From: Gammaproteobacteria bacterium
GTDB lineage: Bacteria > Pseudomonadota > Gammaproteobacteria > JBCCGL01
NCBI GenBank assembly: GCA_965277715.1
Contig: OZ255836.1
Coordinates: 4,000,001 to 4,064,000, forward strand
Length of the DNA stretch: 64,000 bases
Reading direction: 5' to 3'
A program made the position numbers and the translations under genes. Below, one piece after another: positions 19,432 through 30,304 of the stretch. Under the pieces are notes generated by a model. That model was not told where the DNA came from, did no database searches, and worked only from the letters and a program-made list of their open reading frames with translations. The first letter of the stretch is position 1. Every line of letters starts with the position of its first letter.

Positions 19432-20145
19432 TTAGGTCATCGCTGACATGAAATTCTGGTATAGCTTGCCGGAGTTACTGACAAAACCCTCCAGGTTGGT
19501 ATCGGTCTGTATTTTGATTTTCGCCAGTGATCCCTCGCCCAGTGTTGCCTCAAGCGCGTTAAAGTAGGCGGGAATGGCCGCCCAGTTATCGACGGTATCC
19601 GGCTCTATTTCAACGTGGTATTGCATTGACCAGGCGTGTTGACCGATGCGCATGGCCTGTATTGCGCACACGTCTGATTTTGCCAGAATTACAGCGTCAT
19701 CCGGTGCCTGGGCCACTGAAACGGAGTGCCATTGCAGGGCTTTTTGCTGGCTGGGCATATCTTTAAATATTGGGTCGGCAATCCCCTGTTCGGTTAATTG
19801 CACGTCGAGTACGCCTATTTCAGGCGGGCGTTGTGGGCCACAGGTGCCACCCAGTGCATCGGCTAACAATTGATGGCCAAGGCACAGGCCGAGGTACGGA
19901 CGCTTGAGTGTCTGCACCCAGTGGCGAATGGCGCGCTTTTCATTGATTAACCACGGGTGCTGTTCAACATCCCAGACATCCATCGGGCCGCCCATTACCC
20001 ATAGCGCATCGTAGTTTTCCAGTGTCGGTATTGGTTCACCGGCGTCCAGCTCGATAGCGTCCCAGCCGATGCCATCGCGTTGCAGGTAGTGGCGTAGCTG
20101 TCCAGGGTGTTCGCAATCGGCGTGCTGGAAGACCAATAGTTTCAT
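19432..20145 (-). CDS. Type 1 glutamine amidotransferase-like hydrolase
   Basis: MGGPMDV, GLCLGHQL, QYHVE triad motifs. Confidence 0.88.
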   Translation of the reverse strand: MKLLVFQHADCEHPGQLRHYLQRDGIGWDAIELDAGEPIPTLENYDALWVMGGPMDVWDVEQHPWLINEKRAIRHWVQTLKRPYLGLCLGHQLLADALGGTCGPQRPPEIGVLDVQLTEQGIADPIFKDMPSQQKALQWHSVSVAQAPDDAVILAKSDVCAIQAMRIGQHAWSMQYHVEIEPDTVDNWAAIPAYFNALEATLGEGSLAKIKIQTDTNLEGFVSNSGKLYQNFMSAMT

Positions 20146-20201
20146 ACTTATCTATCCTGTATATGGAAGAGAGCGGGTGGTGAGCGCTAATGCCGTGTAA
20201 G

Positions 20202-20696
20202 TTATACCTGTTCGTCGCAGCTTTCAATAATGAACGATTCCAATGCGGTGGCAATTTGCTCCGGCGCCTCCAGTAACAGCGGGTGTTTAAGGCCGGGCAG
20301 TATTACCGAGCGCCCATTCTGAACGCGGCTGGCGATCAGTTGGCAGATGCGCGGCGTAGAGCCGATGTCACACTCGCCGGTAATTGCCAGTGTCGGTGTG
20401 GTGATTTGGTGTAATTCGTCTGCCAGGTCACTGTAGGCCAACATCTGATAGGCAGCGGTGTAGCTCTCTGGGTCATTTTGCAGGCTTTTGCGTCGTCGCC
20501 ATTCGATAATATCCGGGTTGGCCTGGTGAAATTCATCGGTAAACCAACAGTCTACGGCGTTTCCCAGGTGGTTGAGGGCGCCTGTGTTTTCGCGTTGCCT
20601 TTCGAGTTGTATGGCGTGTTCGGCAACCTGTTTTTTTCCTCTTCTGTTCTTCCGGCAACTGATTGGGTCCGCAGAGAGGCAAAAGTTAATAATCAA
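20202..20696 (-). pseudogene. 5'-truncated alpha/beta hydrolase (enol-lactonase-like)
   Basis: C-terminal half only (WFT..F, PTLAITGECD, LPGLKH); no GxSxG region. Confidence 0.65.
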
Positions 20697-20763
20697 TGTT
20701 GAAACGGGGTGCTACCCTGTATCAGTGTAGTTACACTACTATATTTTTCTGGAGGCAAATTTA

Positions 20764-21657
20764 ATGAGTACAACGGTCGCGTTTATTGGCCTCGGGGTGA
20801 TGGGTTACCCGATGGCGGGGTATCTGGCTAAAGCCGGGCATACGGTACGTGTTTATAACCGCACGTCTGCAAAAGCTGAAAAGTGGGTGGCTGAATACGG
20901 TGGCAGTTGCCATGTAACACCCGCTGAGACCACTGAGGGTGCCGCAATTGTAATGGCCTGTGTCGGTAATGATGATGATCTTCGGCAGGTGACGGTGGGT
21001 GATGGTGGGGCATTTGCCGGTATGACCTCTGGCAGCATTTTTGTCGACCACACAACCGCATCAGCTAACGTTGCCCGCGAGCTTTATGCCCTGGCGGGTG
21101 AACAGGGCGTTGCGTTTCTCGATGCGCCGGTTTCCGGTGGGCAGGCGGGTGCTGAGAATGGTGCGCTGACAGTGATGGTAGGCGGTGATCAAGCGCCTTA
21201 CGATATTGCCAGGCCATTTATTGACTGTTTTGCCAAAATGGTGCGTTTGATGGGTGACAGCGGTGCCGGTCAGTTGACTAAGATGGTCAATCAGACGTGT
21301 ATCGCGGGCCTGGTGCAAGGTTTATCTGAGGGTTTGCATCTGGCACGCGCCAGTGGGCTGGATGGCAAGGCAGTGGTCGATGTGATCTCCAAGGGAGCAG
21401 CGCAGTCCTGGCAGATGGAAAATCGTTATGAAACGATGTTGGATGGTAGGTTTGATTATGGTTTTGCCGTGGACTGGATGCGTAAGGATCTGGCAATTGT
21501 GCTTGAGCAGGCGCAGACCTGTGGCGTCAGTTTGCCGGTGACGGCATTGGTTGATCAGTTTTACGCTGAGGTGCAGTCAATGGGTGGAAAACGCTGGGAT
21601 ACCTCCAGTCTGTTTGCCCGGCTGGAGGCTATTTCTGCTGCGCGATTTGACGATTGA
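20764..21657 (+). CDS. 3-hydroxyisobutyrate / tartronate semialdehyde dehydrogenase family
   Basis: FIGLGVMGYPMA, DAPVSGG, GQLTKMVN, WMRKDL. Confidence 0.92.
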   Translation: MSTTVAFIGLGVMGYPMAGYLAKAGHTVRVYNRTSAKAEKWVAEYGGSCHVTPAETTEGAAIVMACVGNDDDLRQVTVGDGGAFAGMTSGSIFVDHTTASANVARELYALAGEQGVAFLDAPVSGGQAGAENGALTVMVGGDQAPYDIARPFIDCFAKMVRLMGDSGAGQLTKMVNQTCIAGLVQGLSEGLHLARASGLDGKAVVDVISKGAAQSWQMENRYETMLDGRFDYGFAVDWMRKDLAIVLEQAQTCGVSLPVTALVDQFYAEVQSMGGKRWDTSSLFARLEAISAARFDD

Positions 21658-21762
21658 GGGTTTGCCCCGAAATAACGTCTGTATTGATTCAATTTGAGGG
21701 TGGGCGAGATAATTCCATTTTGGTAAATGATCACCAAGTTGAATAGCTATAGTCTCTTTCAG

Positions 21763-21938
21763 CCTAAGATCCTCAGTGGAATCGTAGCGGGGGTGTCTAA
21801 GGTGCTGAAGATGAAATGTTTTTGCACAAATTTTAGTGATCGCGTGGTCACTCTATGGATGAAGCCAAGGTCTGGGTGAAAGGGCTTTAGGTTCTGTGTC
21901 TTAGGTGTCCGCAGTAGATTCAGCTGCGGATTTTTAGG
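21763..21938. mobile_element. MITE copy 1 (176 bp, diverged, no target-site duplication)
   Basis: CCTAAGATCCTCAGTGGAATC...GATTCAGCTGCGGATTTTTAGG terminal inverted repeats; aligns with 23171-23345. Confidence 0.8.
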
Positions 21939-22113
21939 CTGACCCTATCGGCGTACTTTCACCCCGTTTCGAGCCATTTTTTGTGCACTGTTGAGGAGGA
22001 AATAACGTATGGAATGTGCTTGCATACCAGCCCTGAATGGGGTGGGTAGGCACTGGATGTGCCTGTGTTGATAAAGCGGCGCTATTGATATTGGTTGATT
22101 AAATTTTTGCACC

Positions 22114-23094
22114 CTATTCAGATAGCCGGTTGAGTTGGTTTTTTAGTTCCTTGATGAGCTTGTCTTTATCTTTGAGTACCTGATCTTTTTCCTCAAGTGC
22201 TTGTTCTTGTTCCCTGACGATCTGGTCTTTCTCCTCAAGCGCCTGGTCTTTTTTCTCAAGCGCCTGGTCTTTTTCCTCAAGTACCCGGTTCTTTTCTTTC
22301 AGTGCTTTGCTTTGTTCTTCGACCAGTTGTTCTTTTGCCTCGATTTCGCGTTCCTTGTTTTGCAGTTCCAGCAGTATCTCGTCTTCAATCTGCATGGTGT
22401 CGATAACCTCTGGCTCACTAATCGCCGCCTGCAAACGCCTGATCAATACGTGGTATTTCTTTGGAAACAGCGCCTCATCAATCGACAGCCTGTGTCTGTT
22501 CTCCACCTGTAGGTCCTGGTCGAATATTTCCAGTAGTTTCTCCAGGTCGTTGCGGCGTTGGGCTTTCAGGTAGGGAATTTGTACCACATAGCTGTCGTGG
22601 GTCAGGCTTTCGATAAAGGTTTCTTTGTCGGCCAGTGTTTCGCCGGTAATCGCATCGGTATAGATTCGGCCTACTTTGATAACGGATGCTGTGCAGTGGT
22701 TGAGCGTGTGGCCCAAAAAGTAGATGGTAATAATCGGCAGCGCCTGATATGTACTGTGCCCCGTGGCCGAAACAGTCGCATGGACATTTTTTTCATCGCT
22801 GTACTGCTGCCCCAGGTAGCGCCGGAAACGCATAATATCGCTGGTGTATTTGGCTTTCTGGATTTCAATAATGACTTGTTTGAACTGCCCATCGCGGGTT
22901 TTAACCCTGGCGGAAAAATCGAGTCGGTAGACGGTGAGGTTTTTTTCAGTCAGGTTGGCCAGGCGCTCTTGTGGTTGCAGGGCGATGTCGATGACGTCCA
23001 TACTGATGATTTCACCAATGATCAGCTTGGCGGCGCGCTCGTCGGCCATCAGGTATTTGAAGACGACATCGTAGATTGGGTTGGCGATTTGCAT
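22114..23094 (-). CDS. PD-(D/E)xK nuclease-like protein (Rpn-like) with C-terminal heptad coiled coil
   Basis: NPIYDVVFKYLM, RLDF, IIEIQK; repeated EEKDQAL heptads. Confidence 0.75.
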   Translation of the reverse strand: MQIANPIYDVVFKYLMADERAAKLIIGEIISMDVIDIALQPQERLANLTEKNLTVYRLDFSARVKTRDGQFKQVIIEIQKAKYTSDIMRFRRYLGQQYSDEKNVHATVSATGHSTYQALPIITIYFLGHTLNHCTASVIKVGRIYTDAITGETLADKETFIESLTHDSYVVQIPYLKAQRRNDLEKLLEIFDQDLQVENRHRLSIDEALFPKKYHVLIRRLQAAISEPEVIDTMQIEDEILLELQNKEREIEAKEQLVEEQSKALKEKNRVLEEKDQALEKKDQALEEKDQIVREQEQALEEKDQVLKDKDKLIKELKNQLNRLSE

Positions 23095-23170
23095 GGTGCG
23101 ATAGTACGCGATGGGTCAAATATGTACCAGCTACTCAAACCATGCAGATAGTGTTATTTGCGTTAGTAAG

Positions 23171-23345
23171 CCTAAATTCCGCAGTTGAATCGTAGCGAGG
23201 GCGTCTAAGGTGCTGAAGATGAAGTGTTTTTACCAGCATTTTAGCCATCCTGTAGTGATTCTACAGGTGAAGCTGAAATGCTGGTAAAAGCGCTTTAGAT
23301 TCAGTGCATTAGGTGGGCGCAGTAGATTCAACTGAGGAATTTAGG
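23171..23345. mobile_element. MITE copy 2 (175 bp) with GTAAG target-site duplication
   Basis: TIR CCTAAATTCCGCAGTTGAATC / GATTCAACTGAGGAATTTAGG; GTAAG at 23166-70 and 23346-50; long internal hairpin. Confidence 0.9.
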
Positions 23346-23504
23346 GTAAGAGAAGGGTAATTGCGTACGGGGTTTATGGTCTGTGGTGCAACGAGGTTTT
23401 ATTGCCATTGTCGCCAGCCCTGGTCGAGGTAAATCCAGGCATTATTACGAGGCACACCCTAAGCGGGGCTGAGCGACCAGGCACAGCGATCAGGGGGATA
23501 GCGA

Positions 23505-24827
23505 TCAGGGTCTGCCAATTGCAAAATAACTCAGGCCCTGTTTGCGTACAACTTCCGGGTCGTAGACATTGCGACCATCAAATACAACCGGGCTGCGCAA
23601 TGTGGCACTAACGCGTGGCCAGTCCGGACTCCTGAATTCATGCCATTCGGTGTTGATGACCAATGCATCGGCACCTTCGAGGGCATCCATTGCGGTGCCC
23701 ATTAGCGAGAGCTGTTTTTGATCGGGGTATAGTTTTCTGGTTTCCTGCATGGCGACCGGGTCATACGCTCTTACTGTGGCACCTGCTGCCCATAAACGTT
23801 CCATTAATACCCGGCTGGGCGCTTCGCGCATATCGTCGGTATTGGGCTTGAACGATAAACCCCAGAGTGCCACTGTTTTGCCTTCCAGGTCACCGTTGAA
23901 GTAATGGTTTATCTTGGTGTACAGCACGTGTTTTTGTCGTTGATTTACAGCCTCCACGGCACGCAATAATTCGGCTGTGTAACCAATGCCATCAGCAATT
24001 GCCGACAGGGCTTTTACATCTTTGGGAAAGCAGGAGCCACCATAGCCACAGCCAGGGTAGATAAACTGGTAACCAATGCGTGGGTCAGAGCCGATGCCGG
24101 TACGCACGCTCTCAATATCCACACCAAGTTTTTCCGCCATATTGGCCAGTTCATTCATAAAGCTGATTTTGGTGGCAAGCAGCGCATTGGCAGCGTATTT
24201 GGTCATCTCTGAAGAGCGTACACTCATGAACATCAGCCGATCCCTATTGCGGCAAAATGGTGCGTAAAGTGTGCGCATGCATTCCATTGCATAGCTGTCT
24301 TCGGTGCCAACGATGATTCTGTCTGGTTTCATAAAGTCATCGATAGCGGCGCCTTCTTTAAGAAACTCAGGGTTGGAGATTACGGTGATTTGCAGGTCTG
24401 CGTTACGCTCAGTAAGGTGCTGCTTAATACAGGCTGTTACCGTGTCAGCGGTGCCTACCGGCACTGTGGATTTGTTGACCAGTAATTTGCGTTCGGTCAT
24501 TCGTTCGCCAACGGCACCAGCCACGGCCAGTACATGCTGGAGGTCGGCAGAACCGTCCTCTCCCGGTGGTGTGCCGACGGCGATAAACTGTAATTCGCTA
24601 AAGCTGACTGCGCGATCAGTATCGGTGGTAAAGTCGAGCCGGTTGGCCTCTAGATTGCGTTTGACGATATCTTCCAGGCCCGGTTCGTATATTGGTACGA
24701 TACCCTGCTTTAACGCATCTACCTTGGTTTGGTCGATATCCACACACAGTACATTATTGCCTACGTCGGCGAGTAACGCGCCGGTAACTAAACCGACGTA
24801 TCCAGACCCATAAATGGTCACATTCAT
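23505..24827 (-). CDS. ugd: UDP-glucose 6-dehydrogenase
   Basis: [32 protein letters not shown]. Confidence 0.95.
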   Translation of the reverse strand: MNVTIYGSGYVGLVTGALLADVGNNVLCVDIDQTKVDALKQGIVPIYEPGLEDIVKRNLEANRLDFTTDTDRAVSFSELQFIAVGTPPGEDGSADLQHVLAVAGAVGERMTERKLLVNKSTVPVGTADTVTACIKQHLTERNADLQITVISNPEFLKEGAAIDDFMKPDRIIVGTEDSYAMECMRTLYAPFCRNRDRLMFMSVRSSEMTKYAANALLATKISFMNELANMAEKLGVDIESVRTGIGSDPRIGYQFIYPGCGYGGSCFPKDVKALSAIADGIGYTAELLRAVEAVNQRQKHVLYTKINHYFNGDLEGKTVALWGLSFKPNTDDMREAPSRVLMERLWAAGATVRAYDPVAMQETRKLYPDQKQLSLMGTAMDALEGADALVINTEWHEFRSPDWPRVSATLRSPVVFDGRNVYDPEVVRKQGLSYFAIGRP

Positions 24828-25175
24828 TGCTTGTATTGTTCCTGTATCTAATTTAGGGGTGAGAGAAAGGTTCTCTCAGCGTTAGCTGCGTAAGGTAGCA
24901 CGAGTGCAAATATTGTAGGTGTAAATCCTTTATTTATTCACAGATTGCAATGGAACACCTTGAATTAGAGCCTGTCTCATGCGACCCTTGGTCTAATATT
25001 GTTAGAAGGTGTCTTAAAACTACTACGCTCGGTGATCCAGCGTTGGAAATCGACAAAAGGTGCGTATCTATTGCGTGTAAGCTGTGTTTTTTGCCGACTT
25101 CCTGCTTCGCCTTCGTTGTGACGACGTTTTAAGGCAGCCTCGTTAAGCGCTGTGTGTACAGCCTGGAGATAATCA

Positions 25176-25676
25176 TTGGATTTGGTGCAAGAAACTGATT
25201 TGCTGCGCAAAGTACCTATGTTTGCAAAGCTTGATGCCTCAAAGCTGAAGCTGCTGGCGTTCACGAGTGAGCTGGTTGAATTTGATAGCAATGATGTACT
25301 GTTTTACGCGGGTGACAGCGCCGATTGTGCCTATGTGATTATGGATGGCAGCGTCGATATTGTGACGGAGACGGAGCGCGGGTCAGTGGTGGCTTCCACA
25401 CTAAAACAAAATCAGTTGTTCGGCGAGATGGCATTACTGAACAATGCACCGCGAAATGCCACACTGGTTGCCAATGGGTCGCTTACAGTAATGAAGATCA
25501 GTGGGGAGATGTTTTTGAAACTGCTCAGTGAAAATGCCACGCTGGCCCTGGATGTGATGCGTCAATTGAGTGATAAGCTGGCTAAATCCCACCATCAGGT
25601 TGAGACTTTGCAGAAAAGCCTGGGGCAACAGAATCTGGAAAACCATAACACGGAACAACAAAGCGGAGCACGATGA
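25176..25676 (+). CDS. Stand-alone cyclic nucleotide-binding domain protein
   Basis: Canonical phosphate-binding cassette FGEMALLNNAPRNAT; no HTH; TTG start after GGAG. Confidence 0.88.
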   Translation: MDLVQETDLLRKVPMFAKLDASKLKLLAFTSELVEFDSNDVLFYAGDSADCAYVIMDGSVDIVTETERGSVVASTLKQNQLFGEMALLNNAPRNATLVANGSLTVMKISGEMFLKLLSENATLALDVMRQLSDKLAKSHHQVETLQKSLGQQNLENHNTEQQSGAR

Positions 25677-26344
25677 TACCAATGGACACTACACCTAATA
25701 ACAACGCTGATTACGACAGGTTTAAGGCGCTATGGCAGCGTTGTCTGCTCAATGATGCAGTCGATCAACATGCGGCTATTTACCAGCAGTTGGTCGCAGC
25801 TTATGGCGAACCTCAACGGGTTTACCACACACTGGAGCATATTGGGCATTGCTTATCAATGCTGGATAGTGCGCACTCACTGCTGGAGTGTGCGGATGCC
25901 GTTGAACTGGCGATCTGGTTTCACGATGTGGTTTATCAACCTGGTTCGCGTGATAACGAGCAATTGAGTGCCGATCAATTTATGGCACATACCGAAGGCG
26001 TATTTGATGACACACTGCGCGAGATGGTTTATCAACATATTATGGCAACGCTGCACTGTGGTTCTGCAGTGAATGTGGGTGATGCAGCGTTTATGGTTGA
26101 TATTGATTTATCCAGTTTTGGCCTGCTTTGGCCGGATTTCCTGCGTGACAGTACGAATGTACGCAAGGAGATGACGCATATGTCTGATGCTGAGTTTTAC
26201 CCCAAGCAAACGGCGTTTCAGCGGTTGTTACTTGACCAGCCCCGGTTTTTTCAAAGCGATTACTTCTACGAAAAGTATGAAGTGCAGGCGAGAAAAAATC
26301 TGGCAGAGTATTTTGAACTCACCCGGCAGCGACTAGCTGACTGA
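25673..26344 (+). CDS. HD-superfamily metal-dependent phosphohydrolase
   Basis: YHTLEH, IWFHDVVY, DNE..SA, DIDLS; ATGA-coupled to the cNMP-binding gene. Confidence 0.82.
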   Translation: MIPMDTTPNNNADYDRFKALWQRCLLNDAVDQHAAIYQQLVAAYGEPQRVYHTLEHIGHCLSMLDSAHSLLECADAVELAIWFHDVVYQPGSRDNEQLSADQFMAHTEGVFDDTLREMVYQHIMATLHCGSAVNVGDAAFMVDIDLSSFGLLWPDFLRDSTNVRKEMTHMSDAEFYPKQTAFQRLLLDQPRFFQSDYFYEKYEVQARKNLAEYFELTRQRLAD

Positions 26345-26361
26345 CGCTACCTCCTGATCGT

Positions 26362-27708
26362 TTAATAGCTAACCGTTTCGTCAATGGTGAAAATTTTCAC
26401 TGGCTTGTTGAGCCCACGCACAGCGACTTCACCCAGTGGCTTGAAGGCGTATTCACCTGAATCGATCAGGGCGTGTGTATTTTCAGAAACGATGATGCGC
26501 GTTCCATAGTCTTTATTCAATTGTTCCAGTCGTGCGGTTAAGTTGACATTATCGCCGTGTACAGTGTAGCCGACGCGATCACCAGAACCGACTAATCCAC
26601 CTACCACGCGACCTGAATTGATGCCAATGCGCGTATTAAAGGGGACACCCTCGCCAAATGACTGGCCTTCCAGCGTGCGCTGAATATCCAAAGCGGCTCT
26701 GACGGCGTTGCTGGCGTGATTGATATCGGCTTTGGGCACGTTGAATGTCGCCAGTACGGCATCCCCTTGAAACTGGCTGATAACGCCGCCGCACGCTTCG
26801 ATAGGCTTGGCTATCAAGGTAAAGTATTGGTTGAGTGCCTCGATGAGTTGTTCTGGTGAGAGGGTTTCGCTAATCGACGTAAACCCTTCGATATCGGTAA
26901 ACAGAATAGTGGTTTCGTTGACTTCGCCTTTTCCTGTGGTGGCGCCTTCCTCGGAGCGGGTTACCTGCTGCGCCACAACCTCGGGCACAAAGCGTGATAA
27001 ATCCCGTGCCGCACTGCCTTCAACGACCGACTCAATGAGTAGATGGCGGGCGCGATAAAGCGCTAGAGCCAACACGCCGGTAACAATCAAGATGGAGATG
27101 ATCTTATCGAATTCGGCGCCGATCAGAATGCTGTTAGAGGTCATGTACTCGACATAATCGCGTGTCATCATACGGTCAGCCGGGTCGCTGAAAAGCACGT
27201 ATAGCACCATTAACCCCCATCCCATGGCGGCACTGAGGCCGGTTGCTATGACAAACCGTGGGTCGAAGTGCAGTGCGCGAATACCGATAAAGATAAATAC
27301 GTACAACAGTGTGGGCGCTTTTAAATAAAAGGAGGGGGGTTGTTCATACTGTAAATGGAAGCTCCAGATTAACCCCATCAATAAAGCGATATCCGCCACT
27401 GCCGAGAGGTATAGCATCCAGTCGGGCAGTTTGCGGTTGATGGCCAGCGTGAGCCGTAGCAGGCTGAATAACAGGTATGCCCCCAGTGCCCAGGGTACTG
27501 GCGTAAAGGTAACGTCTTCTGAGAAGGTTTTGGGGGAAACGCTGTATAACAGGCCAAAAATGCTAACGATCAATAACTGAATCATACTGATCAGAATTTC
27601 GCTGCGCTCTTGTTGTTCACGAATGGTTTTTTGTAAACGCTTGGGCAGCGTGGCTTTGTCTTGACTGTGGCTTGCCAATGACCAGTTGGATGGGGTTTTA
27701 GATGTCAT
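26362..27708 (-). CDS. Membrane-bound class III nucleotidyl cyclase
   Basis: About six TM segments; ILFTDIEGFT, FQGDA, RIGINSG, GDNVNLTARLE. Confidence 0.9.
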   Translation of the reverse strand: MTSKTPSNWSLASHSQDKATLPKRLQKTIREQQERSEILISMIQLLIVSIFGLLYSVSPKTFSEDVTFTPVPWALGAYLLFSLLRLTLAINRKLPDWMLYLSAVADIALLMGLIWSFHLQYEQPPSFYLKAPTLLYVFIFIGIRALHFDPRFVIATGLSAAMGWGLMVLYVLFSDPADRMMTRDYVEYMTSNSILIGAEFDKIISILIVTGVLALALYRARHLLIESVVEGSAARDLSRFVPEVVAQQVTRSEEGATTGKGEVNETTILFTDIEGFTSISETLSPEQLIEALNQYFTLIAKPIEACGGVISQFQGDAVLATFNVPKADINHASNAVRAALDIQRTLEGQSFGEGVPFNTRIGINSGRVVGGLVGSGDRVGYTVHGDNVNLTARLEQLNKDYGTRIIVSENTHALIDSGEYAFKPLGEVAVRGLNKPVKIFTIDETVSY

Positions 27709-27808
27709 AATGGTGTTTTTTGTAATCTTTTAACCTTGAATTCACAGTGTGTTTCTAAGCATTTCGGTGTAACCTGCCCCTGCTTAAGGTGGTGAGAATA
27801 ATAAAACA

Positions 27809-29008
27809 TTGGCAGAACGTCTCGATCATGCACGAATACTGATCTACAGCCACGATTCTTTCGGGCTGGGTCATTTGCGTCGGTGCCGCACCATCGCCCA
27901 TTCACTGGTAGCTCGCTATAAGGGCGTGTCGGTGCTTATTCTTTCCGGTTCACCAATTATAGGCAGTTTTGATTTCAAAGCACGTGTGGATTTTGTGCGT
28001 ATCCCCGGTGTAATTAAACTTAAGGATGGTGAATATACCTCACTTGGCTTACACATTGACCTCGAACAGACAATGTCGATGCGCGAAGCGATCATCTATC
28101 ACACAGCGGTCAGTTTTAAGCCAGATATTTTCCTGGTTGACAAAGAGCCCACGGGTCTTAAAGGGGAGGTCGTCAGTACGTTGGAAATGCTGCGAGAACA
28201 GGGCGCTATTAACATATTGGGGTTGCGCGATGTGATGGATGAGCCCTCATCGTTAAAACGCGAGTGGGCGCGTAAACAGGTACAGCCTGTACTGGAGCAC
28301 TTGTATCACGATATATGGGTGTACGGTCTCGACCAGATGGGTAACCCCGTTGAGGGGCTCGACCTGCCTGAATCGGTGTTGCAAAAGATAAATTATACGG
28401 GCTATCTGCAACGGGAATTGCCCAGTGACAACAATTGGGTGTCGCCGGTTAATCTTGATGATCCTTTTATACTGGTGACGGCAGGTGGTGGGGGCGATGG
28501 TGTAGAGATGGTTGATTGGGTGATCAGTGCCTATGAAACGGATGCCACGATTCCCTACCGCGCTGTTATTGTCACGGGGCCTTTTATGCCGTCGATGCAA
28601 CAGCAAATATTTAGTGAACGTTGCGAAATGCTCGACAATGTTGACATTATTACATTCGACAGCCACATAGAATTACTGATGGAGCGGGCGCTTGGGGTTG
28701 TCGCAATGGGGGGGTACAACACATTTTGCGAAATCCTATCGCTGGATAAGCCCGCACTCATTGTGCCGCGCTCAGTGCCGAGGCGTGAACAACTTATCCG
28801 CGCCAGCCGGGGGGTTGCACTCGGTTTGGTCAGCATGCTTAACCCGGATACTGAGGCTGGCCGGGATCCACAGGCAATGGCTGCCGCGTTACACCAGCTT
28901 CCCAAACAATGCCCCCCCTCAGTACACGCTATAGAGGGATTATTGGATGGCCATGATCGTGTGGCTGGCCTTATTCGCCTGCGACTTGAAGAAACCCAGA
29001 GTGGTTGA
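27809..29008 (+). CDS. GT-B glycosyltransferase (GT28-like C-terminus)
   Basis: YSHDSFGLGHLRR, TAGGGGDG, MGGYNT, EQLIRA. Confidence 0.85.
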   Translation: MAERLDHARILIYSHDSFGLGHLRRCRTIAHSLVARYKGVSVLILSGSPIIGSFDFKARVDFVRIPGVIKLKDGEYTSLGLHIDLEQTMSMREAIIYHTAVSFKPDIFLVDKEPTGLKGEVVSTLEMLREQGAINILGLRDVMDEPSSLKREWARKQVQPVLEHLYHDIWVYGLDQMGNPVEGLDLPESVLQKINYTGYLQRELPSDNNWVSPVNLDDPFILVTAGGGGDGVEMVDWVISAYETDATIPYRAVIVTGPFMPSMQQQIFSERCEMLDNVDIITFDSHIELLMERALGVVAMGGYNTFCEILSLDKPALIVPRSVPRREQLIRASRGVALGLVSMLNPDTEAGRDPQAMAAALHQLPKQCPPSVHAIEGLLDGHDRVAGLIRLRLEETQSG

Positions 29009-29038
29009 GTTGGCGAATGTCTGACAAGCGCTGACGTT

Positions 29039-30253
29039 GTGTCTGTGGATACTTCCAGGCGACGGGTAATGATTTATGTTCAGCATCTGCTGGGCATTGG
29101 GCATTTGCGCCGCGCTGGTTTTCTGGCATGTGCACTGGCGGATAAAAACATTCAGGTTGATTTTGTCAGTGGCGGTATGCCGGTTGCCGGTTTATCGTTG
29201 CCGGGTGTCACTGTGCACCAGTTACCCCCAGTGCGTAGCCTTGATGGTAAGTTCGATAAACTGGTCGATGCAGAGAACCACCGTATTGATGATGCCTGGA
29301 AAGCACGCCGACGGGATCAACTGCTGGCACTTTTTGACGATTTATCACCTCACGCATTAATCACTGAAACCTTCCCGTTTGGTCGGCGTATGATGCGTTT
29401 TGAACTGCTGCCACTGTTGGTCGCTGCGCGTGAATGCCAGGGATCCCCTCTGGTTGTGGCGTCAATTCGTGATATTTTGCAGCCGAAAAGCAAACCGGGT
29501 AGAGACCGGGAGATACACCAACTACTCGATACCTACTATGACCGTGTACTGATTCACGGTGACCAACGCGTTGCCACGCTGGGGGAAACCTTTCCCCTGG
29601 CAAACGAAGTAGCCGATAAGTTGTTTTATACCGGTTACATTGTAGACCCTGGTGTTGATTCTGAGGCAGTGCCCACGCATTTAAAGCGGGTGCCAGAAAA
29701 TGCAGAAGTGCTGGCGGGAGATAGTGAAATTATCATTTCGGGTGGTGGTGGTGCCGCCAGCCTGCCGCTGTTACGTGCGGCAGTGGCCGCGAAGCCATTA
29801 TCCTCCCTGCAACGAAAAACCTGGCGTTTACTGGTGGGGCACAATATCGATAAGGATGCTTTTGAGCAACTGCAACGGTCTGCTGTTAAAGGGTTGATAA
29901 TCGAGCGTAACCGGACAGATTTTCCCACGTTATTACAACGCTGTGCCGTATCGGTTTCTCAAGCGGGCTATAACACGGTAATGGATATTCTAAAAAGCGG
30001 TACACGCGCTGTGCTGGTGCCGTTTGCGCAGGCGGGCGAGCTTGAGCAAACACTGCGTGCCACCTTGTTACAACAACGTAACAGGGTTGTTGCACTGGAG
30101 GAAAAAGACTTGACGCCACAAGCGTTGGCGCAGGCGGTAAAGGCGGCGATAACGATACCACTGCAGTCGGTGGATTTTGCCCTGGACGGTGCAAATGTCA
30201 GTGCCCGGCTATTGTGTGAATGGTTAAACCTAAATTCCGCAGTTGAATCGTAG
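29039..30253 (+). CDS. GT-B glycosyltransferase (paralogue of the upstream gene)
   Basis: YVQHLLGIGHLRR, SGGGG, SQAGYNT, EQTLRA; last codons and stop lie inside a MITE. Confidence 0.85.
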   Translation: MSVDTSRRRVMIYVQHLLGIGHLRRAGFLACALADKNIQVDFVSGGMPVAGLSLPGVTVHQLPPVRSLDGKFDKLVDAENHRIDDAWKARRRDQLLALFDDLSPHALITETFPFGRRMMRFELLPLLVAARECQGSPLVVASIRDILQPKSKPGRDREIHQLLDTYYDRVLIHGDQRVATLGETFPLANEVADKLFYTGYIVDPGVDSEAVPTHLKRVPENAEVLAGDSEIIISGGGGAASLPLLRAAVAAKPLSSLQRKTWRLLVGHNIDKDAFEQLQRSAVKGLIIERNRTDFPTLLQRCAVSVSQAGYNTVMDILKSGTRAVLVPFAQAGELEQTLRATLLQQRNRVVALEEKDLTPQALAQAVKAAITIPLQSVDFALDGANVSARLLCEWLNLNSAVES

Positions 30254-30300
30254 CGAGGGCGTCTAAGGTGGTCGCAGTAGATTCAACTGAGGAGTTTAGG
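30229..30300. mobile_element. MITE copy 3 (72 bp, internally deleted) with TTAAA target-site duplication
   Basis: Same TIRs; TTAAA at 30224-28 and 30301-05. Confidence 0.9.
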
Positions 30301-30304
30301 TTAA

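Noticed and set aside
21763-23345. Composite transposon of two MITEs carrying the nuclease-like gene
   Set aside because: Copy 2 has its own GTAAG duplication and the outer flanks do not match, so the insertions look independent
25176-27708. Pycsar anti-phage system
   Set aside because: The cyclase is multi-TM and convergent with the cNMP gene; the cNMP protein has no TIR or TM effector domain
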